From positions 67,456,001-67,520,000 of the forward strand of contig NC_043005.1 of NCBI RefSeq assembly GCF_006345805.1: a stretch of 64,000 nt of DNA. Reading direction: 5' to 3'. The notes beneath the pieces were generated by a model that was not told where the DNA came from, searched no databases, and saw nothing but the letters and a program-made list of their open reading frames with translations. Below, piece by piece: positions 13,050-25,617 of the stretch. A program made the position numbers and the translations under genes. Positions within the stretch are counted from its first letter, which is position 1; each line of letters begins with the position of its first letter. The stretch comes from Octopus sinensis. Taxonomy: Eukaryota.

Positions 13050-13549
13050 GAAATTCCTTGGTTTGGATTTGGAAACACTGAAAATAAGAACATACCCTTT
13101 CGAAGATCTGCTCGTAACTAACAGTGCCAACAAATTCAAATAAGCAAGCGAAGAATCTCTGTTCTCCCTCCCCTTTCCACCAGCGTGGGTTAAAATCATC
13201 AAACACTATGCTTATTTCGGTAAAATCCGAAGCATTAATCAGAGGGAGATTAATTATAATTTCAACAATTGAGGGCAAAATTAATTAATTATTAATCAAT
13301 TTCACCAAGTGTTCAGTATGCAAAGGGACCATTCAAGGCGAATTCAAATTATTACATTATATAAAAGGGCTTAGTAAAATAAATTACTTTGCCGCATACT
13401 GAACTCATTAGAAATAGCAGCTAAAAAACTTTTTTAAAGCTATTTCTAATACTTAAAGAAAATCTCTCTCTCTATATATAGTGTTTGCTTAATTCAACTC
13501 ACAAAAGTTTGGGGGTTAGGACATCGAAAAATCAAATGCTAAGGTTATT

Positions 13550-13601
13550 TGAGAACGTACGTTTCAAGATTAGTCAAAACAACACTTCCATCATCAGCTC
13601 A
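13550..13601 (-). ncRNA. Type I hammerhead ribozyme, monomer copy 2
   Basis: Same motif on the minus strand. Confidence 0.7.
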
Positions 13602-14498
13602 GAAATTCCTTGGTTTGGATTTGGAAACACTGAAAATAAGAACATACCCTTTCGAAGATCTGCTCGTAACTAACAGTGCCAACAAATTCAAATAAGCAAG
13701 CGAAGAATCTCTGTTCTCCCCCTTTCCACCAGCGTGGGTTAAAATCATCAAACACTATGCTTATTTCGGTAAAATCCGAAGCATTATCAGAGGGAGATTA
13801 ATTATAATTTCAACAATTGAGGGCAAAATTAATTAATTATTAATCAATTTCACCAAGTGTTCAGTATGCAAAGGGACCATTCAAGGCGAATTCAAATTAT
13901 TACATTATATAAAAGGGCTTAGTAAAATAAATTACTTTGCCGCATACTGAACTCATTAGAAATAGCAGCTAAAAAACTTTTTTAAAGCTATTTCTAATAC
14001 TTAAAGAAAATCTCTCGAAAATTTTTCGATGTCCTTACCCCCAAACTTTTGTGAGTTGAATTAAGCAAACACTATATATGAGAGAGATTTTCTTTAAGTA
14101 TTAGAAATAGCTTTAAAAAAGTTTTTTAGCTGCTATTTCTAATGAGTTCAGTATGCGGCAAAGTAATTTATTTTACTAAGCCCTTTTATATAATGTAATA
14201 ATTTGAATTCGCCTTGAATGGTCCCTTTGCATACTGAACACTTGGTGAAATTGATTAATAATTAATTAATTTTGCCCTCAATTGTTGAAATTATAATTAA
14301 TCTCCCTCTGATTAATGCTTCGGATTTTACCGAAATAAGCATAGTGTTTGATGATTTTAAACCCACGCTGGTGGAAAGGGGAGAACGAGAGATTCTTCGC
14401 TTGCTTATTTGAATTTGTTGGCACTGTTAGTTACGAGCAGATCTTCGAAAGGGTATGTTCTTATTTTCAGTGTTTCCAAATCCAAACCAAGGAATTTC

Positions 14499-14550
14499 TG
14501 AGCTGATGATGGAAGTGTTGTTTTGACTAATCTTGAAACGTACGTTCTCA
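14499..14550 (+). ncRNA. Type I hammerhead ribozyme, monomer copy 3
   Basis: TGAG 14499-14502, CTGATGA 14503-14509, GAAAC 14535-14539, palindromic GTAC loop, GTT 14544-14546 cleavage triplet, CTCA 14547-14550. Stem II is imperfect (U.U first pair, GGA/UCU, AGU/ACU). Confidence 0.72.
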
Positions 14551-15039
14551 ATAACCTTAGCATTTGATTTTTCGATGTCCTTACCCCCAAACTTTTGTGA
14601 GTTGAATTAAGCAAACACTATATATGAGAGAGATTTTCTTTAAGTATTAGAAATAGCTTTAAAAAAGTTTTTTAGCTGCTATTTCTAATGAGTTCAGTAT
14701 GCGGCAAAGTAATTTATTTTACTAAGCCCTTTTATATAATGTAATAATTTGAATTCGCCTTGAATGGTCCCTTTGCATACTGAACACTTGGTGAAATTGA
14801 TTAATAATTAATTAATTTTGCCCTCAATTGTTGAAATTAAATTAATCTCCCTCTGATTAATGCTTCGGATTTTACCGAAATAAGCATAGTGTTTGATGAT
14901 TTTAACCACGCTGGTGGAAAGGGGAGAACAGAGATTCTTCGCTTGCTTATTGGAATTTGTTGGCACTGTTAGTTACGAGCAGATCTCGAAAGGGTATGTT
15001 CTTATTTTCAGTGTTTCCAAATCCAAACCAAGGAATTTC

Positions 15040-15089
15040 TGAGCTGATGATGGTGGTTGTTTTGACTAATCTTGAAACGTACGTTCTCA
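15040..15089 (+). ncRNA. Type I hammerhead ribozyme, monomer copy 4
   Basis: Same core; the 5' strand of stem II is altered (TGGTGGTTG). Confidence 0.6.
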
Positions 15090-15370
15090 AATAACCTTAG
15101 CATTTGATTTTTCGATGTCCTTACCCCCAAACTTTTGTGAGTTGAATTAAGCAAACACTATATATGAGAGAGATTTTCTTTAAGTATTAGAAATAGCTTT
15201 AAAAAATTTTTTAGCTGCTATTTCTAATGAGTTCAGTTTTATGCGCAAAGTAATTTATTTTACTAAGCCCTTTTATATAATATATATATATATTATATAC
15301 TCTTTACTCTTTTACTAGTTTCAGTCATTTGACTGTGGCCATGCTGGAGCATATATATATATATTATATA

Positions 15371-15600
15371 ATTATTATCTGAGGGAATAAAATCCAAACT
15401 TACAAGGAAAAAAATCAATTTAGAAATACTAAATCAAATTTCACACAATATAATATATATATATAAAATTAGAAAAAAACACCTTTTATCAATTCAAAAT
15501 GAACAATTAAATTACACCATCTAGAAAATTTCATATAATAGAAATATTAAAATTAAAATAACTATAAAATGTCAATGATTAATAAATTGCGAAATATAAT
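15371..15600 (-). mobile_element. PLE 3' terminal fragment related to the 8-kb element
   Basis: Minus strand AATTTGATTTAG..CTAAATTGATTTTTTTCCTTGTAAGTTTGGATTTTATTCCCT resembles the tail at 60141-60200. Confidence 0.5.
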
Positions 15601-17699
15601 AATAAAAACGCATATAATACCTATTATATACGTACGTATGTATGTATGTATGCATGCACACATGTATGTATATATGTAAGTATGTATGTACAGAGATGTA
15701 TAACTTATAATAGTGCCGTGATGTATATATGTAACCTAAACACCATTCGTTTGGGAAATAATTCAACGTATTGAAATTCAATTACAAAAACATATCCGAA
15801 ACAAAACTCTATTTATCGATATGTGAAGCTCGAGACTGAACCAGAAACCTCTTGACTGAATTATTTGCACAATATGCAATACGGTCCATGTTTACTATGT
15901 TTGAAATGAGAATATTTTGCTGACTTGTGTCAAACGCATTATGTTTACAAATGTGTAGCAAAAATAAATAATCATTACAAATTCAAATTCATTCAAAATA
16001 TAAAAGGTTTGTTGTGTTTTCATAGAATTTAACACCTTCCTTTGACATGTTTTCTATTTGTCTGAAATCAATATATGTACATACATAAATAGAAAATCCG
16101 TATGGAAGTCTTTAGTTTTTTGGGGGTTCTTTTTTTTTTACAAACTAACTTCTTAATATCAAACACTTTGCTGTCACAAAAATCTTGGTTTGATAAACTA
16201 CCTCAGCAACTCAGTTGTCGCTCGGGTAGCTGAAAATAGCAACCGAAATTCTTACACATCACCACTTTCTTTAATAAAACTTATATTGAATAATAGAGCG
16301 TTTAAGGCTATATTTTGTAGGATAAATCCTATTAATAAATGATAAATGGTCATGATTGCAACATTTTTTTTTTCAATACAGCTAATATACTATTTCTGAA
16401 TAATACCACAGTTTACTTTAATGCAACGGGAGAAGGCTTCTGCATGGGCCCATGCACTATCTGACATAGCAAGCTAATTGCCCTCAAATTTGACATCACC
16501 TACTTTTAAGGTAACGAAGGATACAATAGTAAATGTAATCCCGTATACAAAACAGACACGATAATCTTTATAAAAATATGGTTAGTTGGTCGGTTGGTCG
16601 GTTTATTGATTTCTAAGTTACATTGTAGAGAGAAAGGGAATACAGGGGAAGAGGGACAATTAGTATAAGAGGAACAGTGCAAGTGCACATAGTAGGCTTG
16701 GTGGCAAACAATGAGTAAAGAACGCTATAAACGCAAACAGTGAGGCAGAAAGACTCATAGAAGTATAGTGGGAGGAGGACATGCTGGAAGTGAGGTAGGA
16801 GTGGCACAGTTAAAGATAAAGGGAGAGGGCAGTCTAAAAAAGGTGCTTTATTATAGCATAAAAAATATTAGTAGAAATAAAAATAGAAATAAAAGATAGA
16901 TAAAAAAAGTACAGTGAATAAAAGATAGATAAAAAAAAGTACAGTGAATAAAAGATAGAAGGGAACCGAAAGAATGAGTTGGAGGAAAAGCTGATAAATA
17001 GAATAGAAAGAGAACAGGCGCAGGAGAGAGAGAAAGTGTGTAGGTGTGAGGGTGAAAGGTCGAAAGTCGATAGGGAAAGGGTAGTCAATAATAAACATAT
17101 TATGGAAGAAATTAAAGCATTTATTTAAAACTTTATTTGAAAAATAATAAAAATAGAGGTACAAAGAATAGAGTTATCAATGGAAAAGGTATTTAAACAG
17201 TTCGACGTGTAAAGGTTTTATGTTTCTCTCTATAAATCAACGTTTTATAGAGAGAAATAAACATAAATGGAAATATTTCTGTATCAAATATAAATAGAGA
17301 AACAAGTTCGTAATACGTAAAATGAGAATATGAACTGACACATTCAGAAATACGAGTGTGTGTATGTATTAGATATATACTAACACAAAATATATAAATA
17401 TATATATGCATACACAAATTCACACACATACATTCACACAGATATACACATATCCATGCATACACATACACTCACATCCACATACACACATATATATTAA
17501 TTTCAATCTAACAAATATTTTTCTATTGAAAATTTACATTCATTTCATTATATTTTCTAAGCAACAAGAACTTTGATGGAAACTGAATTATGATTTGTAT
17601 ATGTGCGCCATATTTCCTCTTATTAACCTTAGTGGCAAAAGTATACTTCCAAAGTTACCCTTCATATGACAGGTGACTCGTTTGTATATTTAACCACGC

Positions 17700-18700
17700 T
17701 CAAGTCGCCAAGAAACACCTCGATCATTTTTGTGATCATGTTCTACTAGCGTGAGGCTGATAAAAATGTTTCGTTTTACATCTACAATCTGATTTCTGGC
17801 ATTGTTCGTAGTACTAATATTCCACCAATGATCTGGTTGTTGATGTTCAGCGAAATGTTTGAACCCTTTATAGTACCTAGTATTATGGAGAGGGAGATAA
17901 AAGACAACGTCATAATATATATCCGTGTTTTAAATGGCTACCGTATTTCTTCCATGTAAATGTTTAGTTTTAACACGTGATCTTAGATCAAGCCATTGTG
18001 AAGCAACAACGAAATGTATGATTGAGTATGCAAGTATCATGGTATGTATATGTTGTGTATATGTGTGTGTCTATGACGCGTGCCGTTAACATACAACATT
18101 TGAAATGGTGAGGTGAACAACCAATATATCTTTGCAACGTCTTCATAGTTTTGATAGGCATAAAGAAAAAATTTCTTACTTTCACTGTTGAAGGCAGATT
18201 ACGAGTAGTAACTGAGTTAATGCTTATAATTTTGGCATTTCCATGCTTGACCCAGTCTTGATGTGCTAAATCAAGACTCTTCTTCAACTCAAAAGTTTCT
18301 CAGATATCAGACAAATGTTGGATCGCATTCAGATCATATAACATACCTATTAGGATGATAACCATAACTGCGACTACAGTTCTCACATAAATAGTCGTTT
18401 CACCAGCTTTAGGACATGGATTAATAGTATCATGACTCTGGTGTTTGATCGCAGCTTTGAATGAAGTTGATCACATCAATAAACGTCACATCTCCCTCCG
18501 TTGTAACATATGGACTTTGGATGGGTACCTGTTTAATTATCACTACTGGAAATCGAAAAGTAACCAAAAGCTTCTCATTTATTAGATGACGCGGCATGCC
18601 AATCATCTACAGGCACTCAGGGCACCGATAACATATTTCTGTGCATCCCCTAACACTTTCTCCAAATAAACCAATTTAAACTATCTGGATATTGCATATG
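17700..18700 (-). mobile_element. Possible very degenerate LTR-retrotransposon (Ty3/gypsy-like) pol remnant
   Basis: AKIISINSVTTRNLPSTVKVRNFF...RYIG resembles the RT connection motif KxxAIxxxPxPxTVKxVRxFLG. Other motifs are only faint. Confidence 0.25.
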
Positions 18701-19408
18701 TCCCAAACAACATCAAACATAATCTTTTGTGTCAATAGAATCATCTCATGGTAGTAGTTGTTCTTGGTGCCTGGATCATTATATCAGAATCATGACGTTA
18801 TTCTTCTTTGATCGTGACCTCCAGAGAGTATGCTAATGAAATCTTACATGCATTAATTTAATGAAACACTCTATACGTTTATTCAGTAGGTGAGTAAAAT
18901 AAGATTCCAATATTATTGTCTTTTACTTAGTATGTATGTGAAGTTAACCAATTGCACTGATGTAAACGGAGAAGATACTAACAGCAAAAAAAAAAAAAAA
19001 GAAAATGCGATAGACGCAAATCTACGCTGATATACCTGCACATACACACTTATAGACTAAACTTACATAGCATTAGTCGACCACAGATTTTGGTGGAACC
19101 GAACCGGTAACCATGTTGCAATAAACGAACATCTTACTCGGTTATACATTGTTTAATTTTAAATCAATTTTTCTGAATCCTCTACAACAATTCTTTACAT
19201 TTCTTAATTCTTCAATCGCTAATATTTCAGTTGGTAAAGCAAGACTATATTTCATCAAAACATCACGAGCATACACGAAACGTCTTGTGATATTTTCGGT
19301 AATTTCAAAATAATTTTCATCAATATTTTATGCTCTAAAAGTTGTGTCACTGTTTTAAACATTAACGAAAATTTAAACCAATATTAAGTGTAATAACATT
19401 CCATACAG

Positions 19409-19529
19409 CAAATCCAGTACGACTGTAATATGTTTACCCCAGAAGTGAGTGAAAGAGGTATTAAGTGTTTTGAAATGTGCAATTCCAGAAACAGTGAACC
19501 GAAAGAAAGAAGGTGCAGTGGTATACCAG
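19409..19529 (+). CDS. Candidate Cys-rich exon (QIQYDCNMFTPEVSERGIKCFEMCNSRNSEPKERRCSGIP)
   Basis: CATTCCATACAG acceptor, 121 open nt, CCAG|GTGGGT donor. No homolog recognised. Confidence 0.3.
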
Positions 19530-20098
19530 GTGGGTCTGGCTATAGTTAAAGAAGGAGAGGCTGCAATTTATGAGAATAAAGTCATTTTGTGAGTCAGTTT
19601 TTGACAGTCAGTCAAATAGCCCTTTGTTTTATTTTTGTATGGATGGTTTAAGATGTTTATGTGTAACAATAGCACTGCATCACAATTATGAGCAGTACCT
19701 TAATATTGATCTTATTTGAGTGTTGTAGCGCTGATCAGAGCTAAAGTAATTGCAGTGCGTACGAGAAAAAGCAGTCTCTGTAGTGTTGTGTTGACAATGT
19801 TTAATACATGAGGACGCCATGTACTATCAACTAAGGTTTTGAGACGCAGCATCTGTAGTAAATTTAAGTGTTTCGGTTTAGTCTCGTTCCAATAAAGAGA
19901 GACTGAAGAAGGAGATATTTCATGATATGGGTAACTACTGTATCGTTGTCCCGTCCAAATATATTAGGATGCTATGAAGCTTTTCATCCATAGTTGTAGT
20001 TTAGGTCTAGTTTAAAGTGTTTACATTGCATATATATGACTGCAAGTACGTGTACGTGTGTGTGTGAGGCTGTGTGTGTATTTGTGTGTATGTATCAC

Positions 20099-20174
<76 letters not shown>

Positions 20175-20178
<4 letters not shown>

Positions 20179-20512
20179 ATGTTTCTTTATTAGCCACAGA
20201 GGGCTGGATACAGACGGGACAAATTACAAAGTAGAGCTTTTCTTTTTGTGGAGTAAAAAAAAGTGGGGTAGGTTTTCGATCAAAAGGGATCGTAGAAAGG
20301 AAAAAAACAGAAAAGAAAAAAGACGATCAATAGGAATCGTGTATCACAGAAATTTTATGATGTAAAGGGGGAAGGGGAAAGCAGATAAGGTTTATCCATG
20401 GAAAGAAAAGCCTACAGAAAAGACCACGGTAACCTCGGTCATTAATGGCACATGTTGACATTTATTTGCAAGTAAGTAACTCTCTGTTTTAATTTTTTCC
20501 GGGTTCATAGGA
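20175..20512 (-). mobile_element. LINE 3' UTR fragment (possibly Tx1/L1-type) inserted in (ATAG/ATTG)n
   Basis: Pyrimidine-rich minus strand ending ...TTTGTCCCGTCTGTATCCAGCCCTCTGTGGCTAATAAAGAAACATATC plus (AATC)n. The tail matches family B SINEs. Clade assignment is from memory only. Confidence 0.55.
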
Positions 20513-20518
20513 TTGATT

Positions 20519-20591
<73 letters not shown>

Positions 20592-21188
20592 AATCACACA
20601 ATAGTAAAGAAGAGTTATCTTGAGCACGGTACTGTTTCATGCTTTTCCGAAAAGTGTTTACAAGAGTCTTAAATATATCTATGACTAGACGATGTACTTC
20701 TATGGTTTACATATGAATGTTACCTGCTGAAAGTTTGTAAACAAAAATCCTATGTGTTAGACGGATGGTTTGGTAATGGATGCTTAATCTGCTCTGTTTG
20801 TTGTGACAGCCTACATTGTTATAGCATTATAACATCAAGACATCTCTAGATCAGAACGTTTAACAGCTTTGATGTAGGTTTTATAAATTTTGGACAACTG
20901 TTCGGTGATCGATCGGATATTTACTGAAGCAGAATGTCTGGTAGTTGTTGCCAAGGTGTATTACACAATGAACAATGCAATAGACTTTAACTTCATTCAC
21001 CAAAAGAAATTCGCGTGTATTCAAGAAAATAAAGAGCGTTGGTTGTTGAAATTTTTGTGATCAGATCTATTTTGGAATGATAGATCCCTGCATTGTAAGA
21101 AGCTTGGTTTCGGGGTCAGTCTCCGGCCGATTAAAAGCCTTGTGAGTAGATTTGGTAGTCGAAAACTGAGAGAACGTCGTATACACAC

Positions 21189-21254
<66 letters not shown>

Positions 21255-21416
21255 GTATGTATGTATGTATGCATGCATGTATTTAATTAGAGGATATGTG
21301 AACCTCATGAAGGGATGGTTTCATCCAAGGAAATACTGGTTCAATACCTAGTACTTTGGGGGTAATGAATTTCCTTAAAATAATAGGTATATATAAAAAT
21401 TTAGTTTGTATTCACT

Positions 21417-21821
21417 TAAAAGAACAAAAGAAAATGGAGATTAGAAGATTAATAATTGTTTCTTATTAACAGCGAATTTATCATCTTCACCTACATTTGT
21501 TTCAATTAATGCTCAATAAACATTATATTCATATTAATGTGAGATGAGTACAATATCATCAGAAGCAAAAAAAGATGTATATTTGTATGCTATATGCGTG
21601 CTAATGAATTCATCTCTGTTCTCTAAAATGAATTCTTAAGCACACATATAACGTTCAAATGTACATCTTTTCTCCCCGCTGATGATATGGTACTCATCTC
21701 ACTTTAATGTAAATTTAATGTTTATTGAGCATTAATTGAAGCGGATTTAAGTGAAATTGGCCAATTTGCTGTTAATAATAAATAATTAACCTCTTAATCT
21801 GTTTTCTTTTCTTCTTTTAAT
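21417..21821. mobile_element. Fold-back / MITE-like element with ~190-bp imperfect inverted arms
   Basis: TTCAATTAATGCTCAATAAACATTA and GTGAGATGAGTAC.ATATCATCAG are mirrored; centre GAATTCAT...ATGAATTC near 21620. Confidence 0.8.
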
Positions 21822-21841
21822 TATATCTATATCTATATCTG

Positions 21842-22258
21842 CTTCTTTACTACCCACAAGGGGCTAAACACAGAGGGGACAAACAAGGACAGACAAGCGG
21901 ATTAAGTCGATTACATCGACCCCAGTGTGTAACTGGTACTTAATTTATCGACCCCGAAATGATGAAAGGCAAAGTTGACGTCGGTGGAATTTGAACTCAG
22001 AACGTAACGGCAGACGAAATACCTATTTCTTTACTACCCACAAGGGGCTAAACACAGAGAGGACAAACAAAGACAGACAAACAAACAGATTAAGTCGATT
22101 ACATCAACCCCAGTACGAAACTGGTACTTTATTTATCGACCCCTAAAGGATGAAAGGCAAAGTCGACCTCGGCGGAATTTGAACTCAGAACGTAGCGGCA
22201 GACGAAATACCGCTAAGCATTTCGCCCGGCGTGTTAACGTTTCTGCTAACTCGCCGCC
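21842..22258 (-). mobile_element. tRNA-related SINE, family B, with tandemly duplicated 3' module
   Basis: GGCGGCGAGTTAGCAGAAACGTTAACACGCC head, GAGTTCAAATTCC B-box, CTTTGCCTTTCATCC..GGGGTCGATAAA central domain. The module occurs twice (21842-22022 and 22023-22210). Confidence 0.9.
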
Positions 22259-22275
22259 CTATCTATATTTATATC

Positions 22276-22370
<95 letters not shown>

Positions 22371-22399
22371 ACATATCCCGTTTTTAATAAATACATGTT

Positions 22400-22553
<154 letters not shown>

Positions 22554-22654
22554 GATAGATAGATAGATAGATAGATAGAGATATATGTATATATGTATGT
22601 GAGTGTATGCGTGTGTGCAACTGTGACTGTGTTTGAGCCTCCTACACACCTTTT

Positions 22655-22775
22655 GAACCGGTACTTGTGTGTTTACTTCCCCGTAACTTAGTGGTTCAAC
22701 AGAAATTCTTCAAGGCGGTACCCCAACATAACCGCAGTTTAATGAGTGAAACAAGTAAAAGATAAAAGATAAAAG
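22655..22775 (+). mobile_element. Family A SINE 3' fragment
   Basis: TGTGTTTACTTCCCCGTAACTTAGTGGTTC..GGCGGTACCCCAACATAACCGCAG..GAAACAAGTAAAAGATAAAAG. Confidence 0.6.
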
Positions 22776-24269
22776 AAACACTAGTTTATGTGTTGATATA
22801 TCTGTCTATACCTGTGTTAAGTGTTGACTATCGTGATTACAGTGATGAAGAAAGGTAACTTCTAATCAGTTGAGATTGCAGCCGTAATTAGAAAAAATGT
22901 CAGTAACTTTAATGGACATTAATCTCCAAACTTTTCTAGCTTTAATAACTTTAATTAACACTAATCTGCAAAGAAGTGAGAACCTCCTCAAAATGCCATT
23001 AGACCAAACATTGAATGGAGTTTTGCAGGGTGAGAATTTGATCTTTGGTAGTTATGCTCAAAACTCTGACCACGTTTTGTTCTTGTTCGATCTAAAATTA
23101 ATATAATACTCAGAACTATCAAGACCTGAGAACGATGATTAGACATGTATCTTAAATAACATAAAATTCAATGATGTAACAAATGAAAATAATAACACTG
23201 GTAAATCTCCCTAGGGTGTTTTCTGCGACGGCGCAATTAGCAAATTACTCCTACCCCAAAATACTATATATTTTAGATCTTTTGGAAACTTTTCTTTCCA
23301 TTGTGTTCCGTTGTGGAGACCTAATAAGACTAAAACTTGTCGAAAGTTATCATCGTAATTACTAGTGATGGGAATCAACTTCTACACATTCCACATGGTG
23401 TGTGCTTTGAAAGTAATATTCATCAACTTAAGCAACTTTAACAACTTTACTCCACGTTACGTTTTAATTTCAATGGTTTGAAAATTATTTTGTCTCACCA
23501 TATTGAGTATGGAAGCATGCAATTGTCTCTATGTTCTTCATTAGAAGACACTCTTGGAAAATGCTACAATGTAATAGTATCAATTTTTCAAGCTATGTGG
23601 CCGTGTTTAGGAATGGCCATAGACATACGTAACCTGTGAATACAAACTGATTGACAAGGCTTTTTATGCAGATATTTGTAATGTCTGGGAGAATGTCAGC
23701 GAAATTAAAGAGTTACAAACAGGAATTGAAATCTAGTTGTGGTTTTATTTCACCAAATTGCTGTTGTAATTATTCCGTCCGTAAATTTCTGCTTTTTCAG
23801 CCGTCCTGTTATCACAGCTAATATGTCCGCTACCAACCTGTCTCTAGGCTTATGTAATACTGCATAACTCAACGTTTCTTTCCTTAGTGAAATATGGGAA
23901 TGATGTAGATGAAAATTCGAGACCTTTCTATGGGGATAACTAAAAAGTAATCCATAATTTTGAGATTAAACGATAACTTTACGCTGTTAAGATTACTTAT
24001 AATGTTATAAAACTTACAGACTGTTGTATTTATACTGTTAGAAGGAAATAACAATAAGAAATGTTAACAGTTTATAAAACGAGGAAACGCTGCACACAAT
24101 ATCTCTGTTGATGGGAAGCATAATCATCGTTGCCGTTTCTATATTTTTCATTTATTAAAGCAGCAGGTAAACTATAGAATGGAATGTATAAAATCTAATG
24201 AACCATGAAGACAGAGCTGTCGACATACTTGTCCTTGCATTGACGAATGCGACTTAATCTGAAAGATCA

Positions 24270-24360
24270 TATTTTCTTGACGTCATTTACTTCGACCGGA
24301 AATCCTGCGTACAGCAATAAATTGGATGATGTATATCTTATCAGCCATATTGGAATAAAG
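24270..24360. promoter_or_regulatory. Candidate housekeeping-type promoter motif cluster
   Basis: TGACGTCA (CRE) 24278-24285, ACCGGAAAT (ETS) 24295-24303, ATTGG (reverse CCAAT) 24321 and 24349, GCCATATT (YY1-like) 24344-24351, all within 75 bp of non-repetitive, CpG-containing DNA. Confidence 0.35.
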
Positions 24361-24769
24361 TGTAAAGTTGGCCTTGAAAGGATTACAGCGTTGAGCGAAA
24401 ACAAGTATAACTAAATACTATAACACATATTCTCCCTCCTGCGGCTCAGTGGAAAGTGTAAAAGTAAATAAAACAAAGGCAGCTACGGGAGTCAAGCATA
24501 AAGTATGTTACTGTTGCCATCGGAGCATTGTGTTCAATACCACACAACGTGAAGAAATATTTGGGTACTTTATAAATATCCTACAATCTTGGAGTATTGC
24601 AAAAATCGGTTTTACTTGGAACTGAATGCATTTTACGTAAAGTACTGACTGTCTGAGGACCTTGTTGTGATTTAATAGTACAAATCCCCGGTACACACAA
24701 TATCTTAAGTTGAGAATATCACAATACTAGTTACTATGCGATGTCTTATAATATGATCATAGTGCTATA

Positions 24770-24905
24770 CGCACAAGGTAGGTGGATAATTGATTACATC
24801 GACCCCTGTATTCGGTTGGTACTTGTTTCATTGACCCCGAAAGGACGAAAGGCAAAGTCGACTTCAGAGGAATTTAAACGCACAGCCTAAAGACGGATGA
24901 AATGT
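24770..24905 (-). mobile_element. Family B SINE fragment
   Basis: GATTACATCGACCCC..GACCCCGAAAGGACGAAAGGCAAAGTCGAC. Confidence 0.75.
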
Positions 24906-25617
24906 TACGGTACCATGACCTAGCTATTGAGTTACAACGACTATGGGAACGTACGGAGAAACGTATTCCTGTAGTTATAGGTATATTAGTAACTACCCCT
25001 AAAGATTTGAACAGATGGATAGAGGAAATACGCATAAAACATAGTTCGATGCACCGCTAGGAAACAGTGTTATTACAGACAGAAAGGATGCTTAGAAAAG
25101 TTCTTAGCATCTAAAGTTTTTTTTGTAGCCCGATGTTAGAATTTGTTTTCTTTTCCAACAGTTTTATCTGCTGCGCGTATATGAAATAATAAAAATGTTT
25201 TTATTATTAACTTCAGGGTTTAGGAAAACACAAAGTACGATGATCGTTTAAGAAAGGACGTATAACAACTTGTTTAATGAGAAAAATAGTTATACAAAGA
25301 CAACGGGAGGGACGAAAAGCGTTATGCAAATATAATACAGAAAAGTTAGCAATTTATAAAATAAAATAATTATACAGGAACAAAAGACATATTTAATAAA
25401 TCCCACAATAATTTTAAAATGATGAAATTAATAAGAAATATAGGATGAAAAATATTTAGGATTCATCTCACATATAGAAGAAAAACTGCACACAAAATTG
25501 AGTCAGAGTACACGAGTTCCAATTGCCCATCATTGCTGCTGCTGTCTCGTACATCCAAAAAATATTCTTTTGCAGTTTTTGAATTTGGTCGGAGTAGATA
25601 ACATATTGTAATATCTT

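Larger units (their letters stand above)
12711..15281. repeat. Tandem plus inverted array of a ~548-bp hammerhead-containing monomer (retrozyme-like / PLE pLTR-like)
   Basis: TTCAACAATTGAGGGC recurs at about 12713, 13261 and 13809 (period 548). The block is inverted from 14021 (periods 546, 540). Left block 12711-14016, right block 14021-15281, both ends in (AT)n. Confidence 0.95.

Noticed and set aside
14139-14163. CTAATGAG..GGCAAAG as a second ribozyme in the monomer
   Set aside because: Both G5 and G12 of the catalytic core are missing and the stems are poor.
12711-15281. CRISPR-like or satellite interpretation of the 548-bp array
   Set aside because: There are no unique spacers and the context is eukaryotic. 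Whole units are repeated, each with an HHR, and the ends are element-like.
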